From: Catajapyx aquilonaris
Lineage: Eukaryota
Direction of reading: 5' to 3'
Length of the DNA stretch: 64,000 nt
NCBI GenBank assembly: GCA_000934665.2
Contig: KZ538067.1
Coordinates: forward strand, 1 to 64,000
In this document: positions 47,391 through 61,072 of the stretch, one piece after another
Numbering within the stretch: position 1 is the stretch's first letter
Layout: the number at the start of each line of letters is the position of its first letter
Notes under the pieces: model-generated
Database searches by the model: none
The model's input: the letters and a program-made list of their open reading frames with translations, nothing else
Told to the model about the DNA's origin: nothing
Made by a program: the position numbers and the translations under genes

Positions 47391-47673
47391 TTTATTTTTA
47401 TTTTATTTATTTTTATAATGGATACCCCGTGATAGGCCCCTTGGGCCTCTTAGGGGATCTTCTTTTGAATTACCGACTTTAATCATTTGCCTGAAATGTG
47501 ATGGATTTTGATAGTGGGAGGAAACGGGAGAACCCTGAGAAAACCCACGCGAACAAGGAGAGAACCCATCAAAACTCTATCCACATAAGTATCCTCTGTC
47601 CGACCCGGGGATCGAACTCGGGACCTTAGAGGTGGAAGGCTGCGGCGCTAACCGCTCGGCCACCGTGTCGCCA
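47391..47673 (-). mobile_element. SINE family C, full length, with a V-domain-like core
   Basis: 15-bp TSD aaaatgggtggtatt; A/B boxes; A-rich tail. Confidence 0.92.
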
Positions 47674-48676
47674 AAAATGGGTGGTATTGATCTTGTATGA
47701 AGCCAAAAGACTTGGAGCATCATACATCACATTTTCACTTCAGCAATATTCAATTGGACTGGACTGCATCCAAAATGACATAGCAAATGACAATCTCAAG
47801 ACTCCTAAACTGATATGTTAGATGATTTATACATGAATAACTGATGCAACTTACAAATCACTTAATTGTTGTATTATTTTAAAGGTTCATGGGTCAAATT
47901 TTCATCCCAATGCTAGTTACTGCTAACTTAGCAGTATCTAGCAGTGCAGTGGGATGAAAGTTTTTGGTAAACTGGTAACTGATTTATAAAATGGCGAGGT
48001 CCAAGTGTCATTGACAGTGGTTACACAGTTATTTATTTTACTTCCACAGGCCCCAAGAGGTTGTTGAGCTCTCATTAGGCCCAACTCTCAGCCTCTGCCA
48101 TATGAGAGGCTTTAGTTCACAAAATGAAGTTTATAACTGTAATAGTTCACATAGTTGAATAGATCTTCACTAGGTAATGTGACCTATGGCTGGGGCCACA
48201 CCCCTACCTCCCAATAACATAGACCTTGCCAGAGCTATCCCAGCAATAGAACTTCCAAGCTGGGCAGATATGTACAGTAGGAGCCAGATGAAGCAAAATA
48301 CCTGTGCTTCTCACCCTCTCTTCTGACAGCCAGACCATCTAGTTTCCAGACTTCTACTAAACTGAACTCAACTGGGAGGCCAGGCTAATTCCTATATTTA
48401 CTAAAATCCATGTTAGAAATACTCCTTAGGAGGTTTCAACACATGAGTAGGAAGAAAACCCAGACTTAGTAGCTGTTTCAAGACTGAAAATGTATGAACG
48501 CAAAAACATATTGTCCTGCATACAATCATGGAGAAAGAATCACATGACACTATCTACCCTGATGATAAGCAAAGTTCCCTCTGATTAAGGGCACATGATC
48601 ACATTTAAAAATGGGTTGTAAACAGAACTCCAATATCCAAGAGTTTTTTTTAGGCAACACATTCACTTTCAATATA

Positions 48677-49583
48677 CAGGGTGAAGGGAAACTCGCGGAC
48701 AATCACCAGGTAGACTGATAGTACTCGCAAAACTTATATTTTTTATTATATATTTTTTATTATTTATTTTACCCCGTGATAGGCCTACACCACCATCACT
48801 TTTCTTGTATGTTTCTTTCTTTCCTCCAGTGCAAGGGGACAGAATAGGGATAATGAGGGGGGGACACTGGTGCAGGTGCAATGTCTCAAGTTGGGGGTCG
48901 CGTGCAGTCCCCCAGGGGGTCAGGTTGCAAGACAACCCCCTAGGTGCGGGTCGGAAACCCCGCACCGACACCACACCTCCTCATGGACGGGACAAGGATA
49001 GGAAAGGAAGGAAGAGGCTGTGGCCTATTATTTAGGAAGCAACCCCGGAATTCTCCTGGGTGGACTGTGGGAAACCACAGAAAATCACGGTTAGGATTGC
49101 TGGCCCCGGGACTCGAACCCAGGACCTCCCAATTAGCAGTAGGACACCTTATCCACTCCACAACTACTGCTTCGGTTTCAAAAACTAATATAGAGATGTG
49201 CAATTAGTGTTGGACTCCATTGCATAGTTAATGCGTAAGGCGCCTTTAAAGTGTAGAGGCCGGATGGTAAAACATGAGGTAAAAAACGACAAAGTGCACG
49301 GGTGTCGTACCCAGATTCTTACTCTGCTGGGATTCGATCACCTATTGCACATGGATGATGTGTTATGGACCCAAGGCTGGATTGTTCGGAGGCCCTCGAG
49401 ATGGCTTTTGCTTTGATCGAGATGCTTTGAAGCTGGCGGCACGGATGTGATGTCACGAAACTTTAAATGCGCCGTAAGCATTCACTCCGCAACGGCACCC
49501 AAAACTAATTGCACATCCCTATATTAGTTTTACGAGTACTATCAGTCCACCTGGGGATTGTCCGTGAGTTTCCCTTCACCCTG
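48677..49583. mobile_element. Tc1/mariner-type MITE (CAGGGTGAAGGGAAACTC) with a SINE inserted in its left arm
   Basis: TA TSD; left arm 48677-48740 plus 49180-49208 matches right arm 49504-49583. Confidence 0.85.
48741..49178 (-). mobile_element. SINE with family B head and 5' body but a different middle segment
   Basis: 48995-49177 homologous to family B; 48790-48990 unrelated; tail taccccgtgataggcc; approximate TSD aaaact(t/a)atat. Confidence 0.85.
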
Positions 49584-49616
49584 TATAGCATTGGCTTAGA
49601 GGGTGCATAGCCATAA

Positions 49617-49936
49617 GGGGTCGTCCATATACCACGTGACCGATTTTCGGGCACTTTTTGACACCCCCCCNNNNNNNNNNNNNNNNNNNNNNNNNNNNNN
49701 NNNNNNNNNNNNNNNNNNNNNNNNNNNNNNNNNNNNNNNNNNNNNNNNNNNNNNNNNNNNNNNNNNNNNNNNNNNNNNNNNNNNNNNNNNNNNNNNNNNN
49801 NNNNNNNNNNNNNNNNNNNNNNNNNNNNNNNNNNNNNNNNNNNNNNNNNNNNNNNNNNNNNNNNNNNNNNNNNNNNNNNNNNNNNNNNNNNNNNNNNNNN
49901 NCCCCCCTCCCCCCACGTGGTATATGGACGACCCCT
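49617..49936. mobile_element. PIF/Harbinger-type MITE spanning an assembly gap
   Basis: TAA-GGGGTCGTCCATATACCACGTG ... CACGTGGTATATGGACGACCCC-TAA; N run 49671-49901. Confidence 0.85.
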
Positions 49937-50074
49937 AACCGGCCTGGTAGCTCGCCTTAAAACCATCTGAATGTGTAGCATTGGCTAACAATCACTTAAT
50001 AAGCAATTACTAACTAGTGCAATACTATGAAGTACACATACACAGTCACGTCAACAATACTGCTACATTCAATG

Positions 50075-51408
50075 TCACTTTGGAAGATCAGTCTTCATTA
50101 AGCTCGTAGATGGAGGGTGCAGTGGGGAAACATGGACAGATGGGGGGTGAGGTGACGGAGAGGATGAAGATGAAGATGAGGTGGAGAGGGAAGGAGGGAA
50201 GTGCAAAGGAGATGAGAAGGGAGTACCAGAGTTGGAAACACCCATCATTTCTGGGCATAATATTTCAGTTCTTGAATGAGTTAGGCTTTCCGATACTGAA
50301 TTCGGAACATAATAATTTCCATTTGGTATAAGCCTCTCTGGGTGCTTCCTTTTAAAATGCTCTTTCAGCTTGTCTTTAACATAAAAAGCCTTTTCACAAA
50401 CTGCACAGGTGTGAGGCTTATCTCCAGTATGTCTTCGTAAGTGTCGCATTAAGTGCCTGCGAAGGCTAAATGTCTTGCTGCATTGGTCACACACAAACGG
50501 TCTTTCCCCACTATGAATTCTTCTGTGCTCTTTAAAACTGTGCCTGGTGGAGAATGCTTTAGGGCACAAGTCACATGCATAAGGCCTCTCCCCCGTGTGG
50601 GTTCTAGTGTGTTCAGCCAACTGTTTCCTGGTAGGAAATGGCTTGAAGCAATATGTACAAGGAAAGGGCTTTTCAGTGTGTGCCTTCCTATGCTGAACTA
50701 AATACTCCTCAGTGGAAAATGACTTCACACACAAATCACATGCAAATGATTTCTCATTGTGTGTTCTACTCCTGTGCCTCTCTAAATCTTGGCTGGTGGA
50801 ATATGAGCTATTGCATTCATGGCAGACAAATAACTTCTCAGCATGAATCCTTTTCACATGCATTATCAGGTTACCATTGGTGGTGAATGATTTGTTGCAT
50901 ATATTGCAGGTAAATGGCTTTTCCCCTGAATGCACTTTTTCATGAATCTCTAACCTGTGGCGAGTTGGAAATGACTTCAGGCATGTGTTACATTGAAAAG
51001 GCTTATCTCCAGTATGCTTGGTAGTGTGGACCTTTAGATAGTATTTGGTACAAAATACCTTAGAGCAAAATTTGCACACAAATGAGTTGTCTGGGACAGC
51101 TGGCAACTGGAGGGGGTCACTTTTTTCTCGGTTTATTTCTGGATTTGGAACCAGAATTTCTTCCTCTTCACTTTTCACTGGTGTCTCTTGGTTATCAGAC
51201 GAAATGTCGATTTCATTACAGTCTAAAATGGACAATGGCTCTTGTTTTATCTCTTGCTTTGGCCATGGTGCCACCATTAGGTGCTCTTCCTCTGTAGTCT
51301 CATATTTCAGGTCATATTCCACCAATGTCCCCTTTTCCATGAGTATCTCTTCCTCATCTTCCTGTTCCATCTCTTGTTTCACTTCCACTTTCACCATGCT
51401 CAGGGCAT
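50075..51408 (-). CDS. C2H2 zinc-finger protein, main terminal exon (9 tandem fingers, acidic N-terminal part, S/P-rich tail)
   Basis: 440-aa ORF with nine CxxC-x12-Hx3-4H units and TGDKP/SGEKP/TGERP linkers; acceptor ctttcctttcag at 51409-51410, phase 1. Confidence 0.95.
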
Positions 51409-53067
51409 CTGAAAGGAAAGTATTTCAATTAGTCAAAACATATCAATGAACTTCCCCCTACTGATATAACTATGACTTTCAAAATGATTTTATGTTCTGA
51501 ATTTTTACTCGCAATGTGAGGGCTAGTCTGAACCACCACGACCTGTCAAGGAATAGTTTTTTGTACAAAAAAAAGTGCAAACCATTCTGAATTGGCCTTG
51601 GTTCAGACAAAGAAACATAGCTCTGCTGAAGAGGGTCGAATTCTTTCCTACACCGTTGGACTAGTGACAAATAGTCAGCTTAAAATTTCACATGCAGTTA
51701 CGTGAAATTATGACTTTATCATAGTTCATCAGTTACTATCAAAGCTTGTTTTTGCAGTCTTTGATTGGCAAGAACATGAGATTGACATTTAGCTATGAGT
51801 TGCTTTCCATCCTAATTGGTTCAAGGCTTGACTGGAGAAGGATGGCTGTTGGCTGGAAACACTAGTAGCCCATAATTGGTGGATGGAGTGTGGGGGAAAG
51901 TAGAGGAGGAAACAGGGACTTATCTCAGTGACGTTTGGAAGTAGCCAGAAATGCTGGTAGGAAAGTACCCGGGTTAGGTTAGGCTCTTGTCTGAGATGCA
52001 TCGAGGCACACAGAAGAAACAAGTGGCATTACTACTTCATCTTGAGTGACTGGTAGCCCATGTGTGTTTATCACATCATTTCAAACAAAATTAATCTTAC
52101 ATGAGAAGGAGTGATTTAATATCCCAGAATGATGTTGGGGGGGGGGNNNGGGGGGGGCAGGGGTGGTCACAGGTTACTTGACTATCATAAAAGGGGCCGT
52201 GACCTGAAAATGGTTGGGAACCACTGTGCTAGACTGTTTTTATTGACAATATGTATAGACGAATTTGCCTTCGCACACTGTATCTTCGTTTCATCAGAAG
52301 GATATGGCAGTTTGCGTCACATCTAAGAAGTGATTCTCTCACTACAGAAGGAGAGAATGCATTCCAACACCCGCGCTAGGATAACAATCATCTCTAGGAT
52401 TAGTTACTTTTTTTCCCCTATGCACTTTCTTTCTGATGAGACCATCACCAACAGCAGTGTCTGGTGGTGCCATTTTACATGGTATGTGTAAATTACTGGC
52501 AAAACATCAGGGGCCTTCCCGAGGCTAAGAAACAACCCTCTACTGGCAGTCTCTTTTGAGGCCTACCCCTTCAGCATCGGATGCGTGGCCCATCTGATAT
52601 GCCCGCCCAGGTGGTAGTGCTGGGCTCATCCACCCCCTAACTACACAGTTACTTACAAGTATTTTTTAAACTAAAAAGGCCTGTTCAGTTAATTTTTTGG
52701 CAGGTTATGTCACTGAGATGTAGAGGAAGCCATCTATGCCAAAGTTGGAGGTCAAAGTCAACAGCAATTTTTTGTGAGATTTCTTTTGTAATGTAAAAAT
52801 TTGTAAGTGTCAATATGTTAGTCTAAATTGATTAACCTTTTATGATTAAAACTTCTTCATTTTTTCCCAGTGGTAGAAATGTGAACAATCCATAGAGAAA
52901 CAGCAACCCTTATGGAAAAACAATAAGTTTTGCCAACAAAATTTTTTGTCCTGCCACTGCACATATGCAATGCCTGTCCCATTAATGGCTATGCTTTCAG
53001 TCAAAGAAAAAATCATTTTTCCTAACAAAATTTAATTTGGTGACAGTGGCCCTTTAACTCTTTAATA

Positions 53068-53257
53068 TAGCGGTTCTTAACCTGGGGTGCCCGCACCTCC
53101 AGGGGGTGCGAGGTGGCTTCCCTGGGGGTGCGAGCAAGGTGCACCTCTGGACTAAGTCTAACTATGAACTTAATCTATCACCCCTGGTATAGGGGGTGCA
53201 ACAAGGACTAACTGTCTTCAAAGGGGTGCGGAGGCCTGAAAAGGTTAAGAACCCCTG
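53068..53257. mobile_element. hAT-type MITE
   Basis: GGTTCTTAACCT TIR core; flanks ctttaata / ctttaacg. Confidence 0.75.
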
Positions 53258-53917
53258 CTTTAACGACTAAGTTTATGGCAGGTTTTTGGGCCTTTTCTTT
53301 TTTTTTGTCCAAATTTCGATGTAGGAGTGATATTAATGAATAACAACTTCGTGCCAAAATTAATCCTTTAAATTCGTGGTGCTCCTTTTGAATGTAAAAT
53401 ACTGGAAAAAATTCATCCACAGGATGTGCCAGAAATAATTTTTTAACTGTCTGGCTCTCAGAACGTCGATAGGCCTAACAAGTTGACTCAGTCACTATAC
53501 ATTGTTATTATGGTTAAATAATATTACCACAACACTGTACTATGAGAAACTCCCAAGGGTCTAGACTTTGCAGAACACCCTGTACTGAGGGTGTATGTTT
53601 ACATAAGTGATCATGTGGGAGCAACATGACCTTGGCATATACGNGGGGGGGGGGGGGAAATCTGGGGATGCCATGGTAGTTGAGTCACCATCCAAGAGAT
53701 GGCAGGAGCATATTGAACTGCATTTGGAACCACAATGTTCGAATTCTCTATGCACATCCTGGTGTGCCAAATTCAAAAATGTTCAGGATATCATAATTAT
53801 CATAATTGTATGTAGGGTGTCACAGAGGTAAGTACACAACATTGCACCCCATCAACTGTGTATGGGACGAAGAGTCTCCTGCCTCAGCCTATTAGGGTTG
53901 GAAGAAGCAAAGAAATA

Positions 53918-54496
53918 CCGTATTACCTCTCATATTGCGGCACGCCGGTATAAAACGAGGTCGACCAGCATGCTGGTATAACCCAGGGGTGGCCGACATG
54001 CGGCAATAACCGAGGTAAATTTCCGTAATTTTGATCCTTGCCAATTTTTTTTGGAATGCTTCTGGTACCATACTAAAATAATGTAATCAAAATGGGCGAG
54101 TGTACAGGCTGTGAGAATATGTCAGTTCTGTTGCACAGTGCATTAAAAACATGTAGAGTGTATGACCAATCCCATCGTCAGCCTCCTTTGAATGGGGAAC
54201 CCCCTGCTCTAACATTCTGTTTAAATAGAGATTAACTACAAACACCGCCAAATACTGCAATTGAAAACAATTATATGGTACGGGTAACCTATTTGGAAAA
54301 TGTGCCTTTACGTGAATTTCGATTTTCAGGCAAATGTCAAGTTCAGAAAGGATAATGTAACTTATGTGGTAACCTCGCCTTACACTGGCATACCTTGCTT
54401 AGACCAGCATGCCGGTATAGCCACCAGATCATGCATTTCTAAAAACTGGTCGACCTCGCCAACACCAGCATGCCGCAATATGAGAGGTAATATGGT
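53918..54496. mobile_element. pogo-like MITE (TA-CCGTATTACCTCTCATATTGCGGCA TIR)
   Basis: ~50-bp TIRs, TA flanks. Confidence 0.8.
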
Positions 54497-54630
54497 ATGT
54501 AAGACCATTATTAATACTAAACCCTCTTTCCTTTCAATGAACTTAATATTCATTAGGCATAATCCTTGTTCACTCACATTCCCAGCTTACTCTGGAAAAT
54601 TCATGTAACAGGAATACTCAGTAGCCTTAC

Positions 54631-54696
54631 CCAGTTCCTCTCCTTCTTGGTTGAGATCTGGATCATCACTTTCATCAAGAAACATACATGGAGAAC
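54631..54696 (-). CDS. Probable upstream 66-nt exon of the zinc-finger gene (SPCMFLDESDDPDLNQEGEEL)
   Basis: cttgcag acceptor, G|GTAAGG donor, phase 1-1, in frame with the main exon. Confidence 0.65.
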
Positions 54697-55130
54697 CTGC
54701 AAGAGCACAACCCATAAATAATGTGATGTCAGGTAATGTCCACTGAAGTTCTTATCAATTATTATTGGGAGAAACAAATTTGTCTCGGTGTATTCTGGAG
54801 CAATGCACCTTTGTATCTATGAAGTGTAAGGCACGGAGAAGGGAACAGGGAAAGGTGTAACTCTGACCTTCACTCAGAGCCAGCAAGATGGCAACGCAGT
54901 TGCTTCTGATGCTGTCTCCTCTGATGGCAGGCAGGGTTCATGGCAAACAACCAAGTAGCACATTTCAAACAAATTTTAATATGACCTCACATTGATTGGA
55001 TCCATTATGCATTATTTAGCATGTATTTGATTTTACCTAAATATTTTTCATACCAAGACCCACTAAGTTCATTAATATTTTAAGGCATAGGAATGTCAGC
55101 AAAATGGTTTTTGAAAACTGTGATATGAGG

Positions 55131-55851
55131 GCTAATCAGAAAATCAGTTTCGTGATGCTACAGTTTCGACGCCATGCGACAGACAGGGTAAAAATGAGCG
55201 TGAGCAGATATGTTGATCCTTCCTCTACTTTATAGGATGGGTAGGCGCCTTCTTGCAACTTCTGTGCAGGAGCGGCAGCCGCTGGACGAGACTGAGTGGC
55301 GAGCCGAGCTTGCCCATCCACATTCCGCCAAGAAAAGTCAAGCCAGACAGAGAGTACTGGTCACGTGGACTAAGGCAGACGTTAGAACAGACGTTTCCTA
55401 CCAGTGGTCGATATTTGACATAATATGACATACAACATTCGTCGCTGGCTAGTGGAGTGTATGGCCCGGAGATGTCATGTCTGAGCAAATCGTGGGGCGA
55501 TATAGTGCCAGCAATTTCAAAATACGGTCGTGAGCGTGAAGGACAACCACAAACCCTAACTACCAGCCATGGCAATTACCGACTGTGTCCTCAAGTGCCC
55601 TAACCTCTTTCTCAGTCCATGTGACCCATATTCTCTGTCTGGCATGACTTTTCCTGGCGGAATGTGGGCGGGCACGCTCGGCTCACCACTTGATCTTGTC
55701 CAACGGCTGCCGCATCTGGGCAGAAGTTGCAAGAGGGCACCTACCCATCCAATAAAGTAGAAGGATCAACGTATCTGCTCATGCTCATTTTTACCCTGTC
55801 CGCTGCATGGCGTCATAACTGTAGCATTGCGAAACTTCTTTTCCGATTAGC
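55131..55851. mobile_element. Fold-back element with ~240-bp arms
   Basis: 55131-55375 is the diverged reverse complement of ~55610-55851. Confidence 0.85.
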
Positions 55852-56816
55852 CGTCGTACAATTGCTGATGAATACTCCCCCAATTGTACCCCCTATTTTG
55901 AATGTTGTTTTTTCAATTGTCAGTCAGATAGGGTCAGTGTTTGGCATTTTACTAGGGTCAAAGGTGGCACTATGCCCAGAAAAAATGAACTATGATTTAC
56001 TAACGAATACAGAAAATCCATTCTGCTGGACAATGGTAACCCTAGGGTTTTGGGTGAAAAACCATGATTATGCATCCTGGCCTAAGGTAAGTGTATCATC
56101 CACTATTGCATGCTAGCAACATCACATCGATGTCATAACATTTATCACTCTTTTCATTGTACCCAAGTCCCTTGCTATCTACCAGTGCTCTCCAATACAA
56201 GTATATTTTCTTCAACAGATTCACTGATAAACACTATAGCCCTAAGAGAGTCAACTATAGCAGCTAATAAGACCACTTCCGGTTTGTTTTTTCATCCTGA
56301 AAATGGACTTGTATACTCATAAAAGCTGGGAGTGCCACACTAGCATTTTTCCTAATAAAGCCGAGATTTTCTGCAAGGGGTAAATCACTTGGGAGGGCCT
56401 TCATACACCTTGGAGGTCTGTGGTAGGTCGGGGTAGTCAGGGGGAAGTCCTGGGTAGATCTGGTAGTTTGGAAGTCTGTTGTACCCTAAAGCCCTTCGAT
56501 TATCTATATTCATTGGTCAATCATAGTTCATAATTACTTCAGTTCACCTAAATTGCAAACTGGATTTGCAACCAAAACATGTCTTCCAACAGTTGAGTGA
56601 AGTACTGTGGCTCAGCAGCCTTTTCTGAGTAAATCATGCAAACGTTATGTATTTCTTGAGAATCTAAATCAAACAATATTGTGTGTGTGCACCTGTTTTC
56701 CAGTGCAAACATTGCAATTGCATCTTTTTCATAGGTGCATTGATTTGCACCTCCTGCAAATGATGTCGTATTTCACACCAAACATCTTCCCATTTATATT
56801 TGCATAACCCTCTTAC

Positions 56817-56882
56817 CCAGTCCCTCATGTTCCCCTTCACAGGGTAGGCCATCACAGTCATCATCAGACATGGTTGTAATAC
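56817..56882 (-). CDS. Probable upstream 66-nt exon of the zinc-finger gene, with candidate start ACCATGT at 56871 (MSDDDCDGLPCEGEHEGL)
   Basis: gtttcag acceptor, G|GTAAGA donor, phase-1 end; splicing from this ATG gives a 484-aa protein. Confidence 0.6.
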
Positions 56883-58040
56883 CTGAAACAATGCATGACA
56901 TTAAACGCCAAGTGATAATTGCAGAAAGCTAGTAGTGTTGGACCACTCACCAATAAAGGGTTTGGTGACCTCGACTATGAGACGGTTATTGCCACTCCCT
57001 TGGGGGCAACATGAACCACTTCTTGGGAGGTACTACACACCCTCGCTTCCCCTTAACAGATGGTCTTCCCGGCTTCCCTAGAACCAGACAGGCTCATTGT
57101 GGAGGGGTCAATTATTCACTTCGGGTAGCTAATTGGTCAGAGACGTGCCTCAGAGAGCCTCACCACCGCACAGCATCAACCGTTAGTGTGGTAGGCTTGG
57201 CGGTAGACACGCGCAGTGCTGCCAACACCCGCAATGATTCTGGTAGTATGCTATTGATACCATTACTACCGGGTGATTCGAAGGTGTTTCCGAGTTGGAG
57301 TTTACTCTTCCGCGAAAGCCCATTTTTCGCGAATTAAGGTACGTTTTCGCGTGTATAATAAATATGCACTTCCTGTTATATACTTTTTAAATGGCAACAG
57401 TTCATTGTAATTATCATTTTAATTCCTTTGGGGTCCTAAATAAGACCCCACGTCACTGTACCAGGGTTAAGGAGTAAAAAAATTATAGAAGGACAACAAT
57501 GATTCTGACTAATAGCTAATAGCATTGGAGAAAAATCAGCGATATCACTACATGTTTATTGCTTTGCAGATGCACTGCCACTGGTACTAATTTTCACTTA
57601 CTTCCACTTGGTGAGGAGTTCATCCATCCACACACTCATGCCAAACTCCTGTGAAGATATAATAGTCTATAAAAGATCTAAAGATTGTGCATAAATGTTT
57701 CATGGCAATAAATTCGCACGAATTGTATACAAATTCAATAAGCTTAATATTGTAGTTCCTAATTTCAGAAAATACTGTCTTATATGGATGGCTCATGGCA
57801 AATTAATATTTTCAGTAAAGACACTTGTGACGAGCAGTAAATTGGAAGTTGCTTGAGTAACTTTTTTAAAGCACAAGTATAGTAACTTATAGCACTCTAT
57901 ATGATATGAGAAGTACTGAAAAAATAGTGACCCAGTGGTGTGGTCCAGAGGTGGCATGCTAAACAAGGTATGTCTTTGATTGTACAGTACCATACTACAT
58001 GTAAAATTGGTCTAGACTCTAGAGAATCTAGAGTCTAGAC

Positions 58041-58285
58041 CAGTGCTTCCCAAATTGTGGGTCGCGACCCCATTTGGGGTCGAGAAATAATATTATTTGT
58101 GGTAGCGAGGGAGGGTAACAAATTATTTTCACAAAATGATGCTCATGACCATAAGGTAAGGTCATTTCACTGTTTACCTGTCTTTTCATGTTGGCGGATC
58201 GAAATGTGCACATACGTATAGGGGGGTCGCAAATTTTACAAGTCGATTTTTTGGGGTCGCCAACGAAAGAAATTGGGAAGCACTG
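58041..58285. mobile_element. hAT (Charlie/hobo-like) MITE
   Basis: CAGTGCTTCCCAA TIR; TSD gtctagac / gtctagag matching the NTCTAGAN target. Confidence 0.88.
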
Positions 58286-61072
58286 GTCTAGAGACCATAA
58301 TTATTATTTTGCATTGTTTTTATAGTTAAAAAGAAAAGGTAAGCTAAATCACTAATGAAAAATACAATTACAGTACACAGACTAAATGAATTACACCATG
58401 TAATCGTTTATTATATATTTAAAAACGTGACAGATCTGCCATCATAATTAGGCCATCATTGGTGAGGGCGATCATTGCCGACGTGTTTTAGCCAGACAGT
58501 TATACATTAATTGAAATGAAACTCCGGAATTTGAATTTGCTGACAGGTAAAACCACTCAGGAAAATCAGGATGGACCTATGTGGTCTCAGGAGAATGATG
58601 CAATGTAATAAACTACCACTTCTTGCGACTTTTTTCTTCATTTCCATCCCTGAAAACAACAATCATTAAACATAAGTTACATCCCGAAAGTTAACAAAAT
58701 CACATTTAATTACAGGTTTACTGCAAGGATACCAAGGTAAATCATAATATTACTTACACAAGCAGGTAGCCTATCATATTTACCAAAATCCAACTTTTGT
58801 AAAAATGCAATGGATGAGGCACTTCACATTCTTTTTCAACATGCACATCTTGAAGCAGCCAACTGCAAAAACACAAACTTATTAGTTTCATTGCGAAAGG
58901 CATACTTTGTAACGTAAGGCACAGTGCAATACTTACTTTGTGGAGTAACCGGCACCATTGTACGGGCAACTACTACAGTCAAAGTGCACAAAACAATTAG
59001 GAAGAAAATTGTGAAGCGGGTCATGATGAGCAGTTCTCTATATGGCTGATAGTCCAACACTCTCGTTTATGGCTGGGGGAATTGTTTTTATAAACACTTG
59101 TTTTTCTCTCCCCTAGTTCACCGCAACAATAGCCGAGGTCTTTGTAGATGAGAAAACACACAGACGAGACCTTCTACATTGTTTCATCTAATGAGACCTG
59201 CGGATTATGTACACAAGGTTGCAGCATGGAAAAAATTGCATCCGTTTTGATTGTACCAAATGTTCCTATTAATGTATCCTTGGAAATTATATTCAATGGG
59301 CACACGGTACTGGGATAAATCTGAATTATAGAAATGCCAATTAGCGTGCTTGACATGCATGAGTGATTAACAGTTTAATAACATCCGCTGCTTTGTGCTA
59401 CATTGAACCTGCGAAAATTTTGCATTATTAGTTATTCTGGTTGTAGACTATGTCTCATTATGCTGTGGATTTGATGGAAGTGCATGACAGAACAGCACGC
59501 ACAGTATAGATCACTTCCAGAGCAGCCTAAATTATTGATATTTATAATAAGATTTTCTCTTGAGAATTTTCCATAGCCTTGATCTAGATGACATGATGTC
59601 TAATATACGTATTTATGCATTGCCCTCTCAATGTGAGACATTATAAATGTGGTATGGTATCAATATTATTAATTGCAGGATCCTCTAATAGATGAAATGC
59701 TTATATCATGGGGTAAGATCATCATCATCATCGTCATTATTAATTACACACTCAATTCTGAACAGGTGTGTTGTCCTGTTTGAGTGGTGCATCGCTCAAT
59801 TTTGCGTGCCATACCATTTTTGTAAAAATGCCCTTACTGTTACCCAACACTGTACCAAGAGCAGCAGGACATTACTCTATATTACTCTTGCCTGTACAAT
59901 GTCACATGGCTTACTGTAGTTGTCATAGGGCCTACGTCTGTAGGAAGAGCTACTCAAAACAAATGAACTCTACTGGTCACCCCAGATTCATGTTGTTTAG
60001 CCTACTTGAATTGTTGGGGATATTCTAAACAAGGAGGGTGCTGATGATTTTGCTCCCCAGAACCTCACCAGATAAGCTGGCAGGTAGGTTGTAATCTTAT
60101 TAAGGGTAACATTTCTGGTGCTCTACTGTGATGCTGGAGGTGCTGGAAGTTTTTTTATTATTATTTTAATGAGAGAAATCCAGCAGGGCTGGGTGGTATG
60201 GGTGCAAGGTGGCTTTTTTGCATAATTATTAAGGTATCGTAAGTTTTCTGTTTAAAGGCAGATCCCACACACTGCCTTATCCAAATGTCACCTGATGTCA
60301 CTCACTCCATATGGACAACCCAACATGGTAAATGCCTGGTCATAAAGAGTACTCGGAGACCTAGTCCTACCATGTAAAAAAGATATTGTTAAGAGGGCCA
60401 TTGTTTATGCTCAATAATTAGATATCATATGTATGTCAGAGCCCAAAATGAAAGGGTGTTCAGTGGGTGGGTTTACTGTTTCTGATCTGGTGATGATGAG
60501 GGTGAGTAGAGGGCTTGTGCTGGCTTAGGTCTATTTATTATAGAATTAGACCAAATAATTATGGTGCATTGTGTGAAGTGTGATATACCTTAAACAGATA
60601 AGTGGTAGCATTTTGTGGGTCAGTAAGTATGAAGATGATTAGGACTAGGGTTGTGATAGTAGCAGTGTACGTACTAGTTGACTCGTCTTTGGGTTAGGAT
60701 AAGGGGAAGATTTGCGACAGCAAAAGTTCTGTGTTGGATGGATATTTCCATGAAGATTATGCAGGGTGACCCAAGAGTCTGGACATATAGGTAGTTGAAT
60801 TGTATTGTTGGTTGCCAGGTTGCCAATTGTCAACCAACAATACAATACAATATTGTGTCCAGACTTTTGGGTCACCCAGTACAGTAAATTCTTGCAAATG
60901 ATTTTAACTCGTGTGTTGGTGTCTCTTGCCCTGGGTATGAGAGAGTGCTGGTTGTTGTGGTGATGCTAGGGTGAATGGAAATGGCTGTTTGTTGGAGTTG
61001 TGAGTGGAGAAGGGTCTTTCTGCATCGAATGCTATAAGTTTATTTTTCCTCATTAGAGGATTCACCAGTATA

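Noticed and set aside
49505..49981. ORFs with X runs
   Set aside because: Artefacts of the N gap
58757..58862. Additional coding exon of the zinc-finger gene
   Set aside because: Plausible splice sites but no phase-compatible open frame; may be a 5' UTR exon, unsupported
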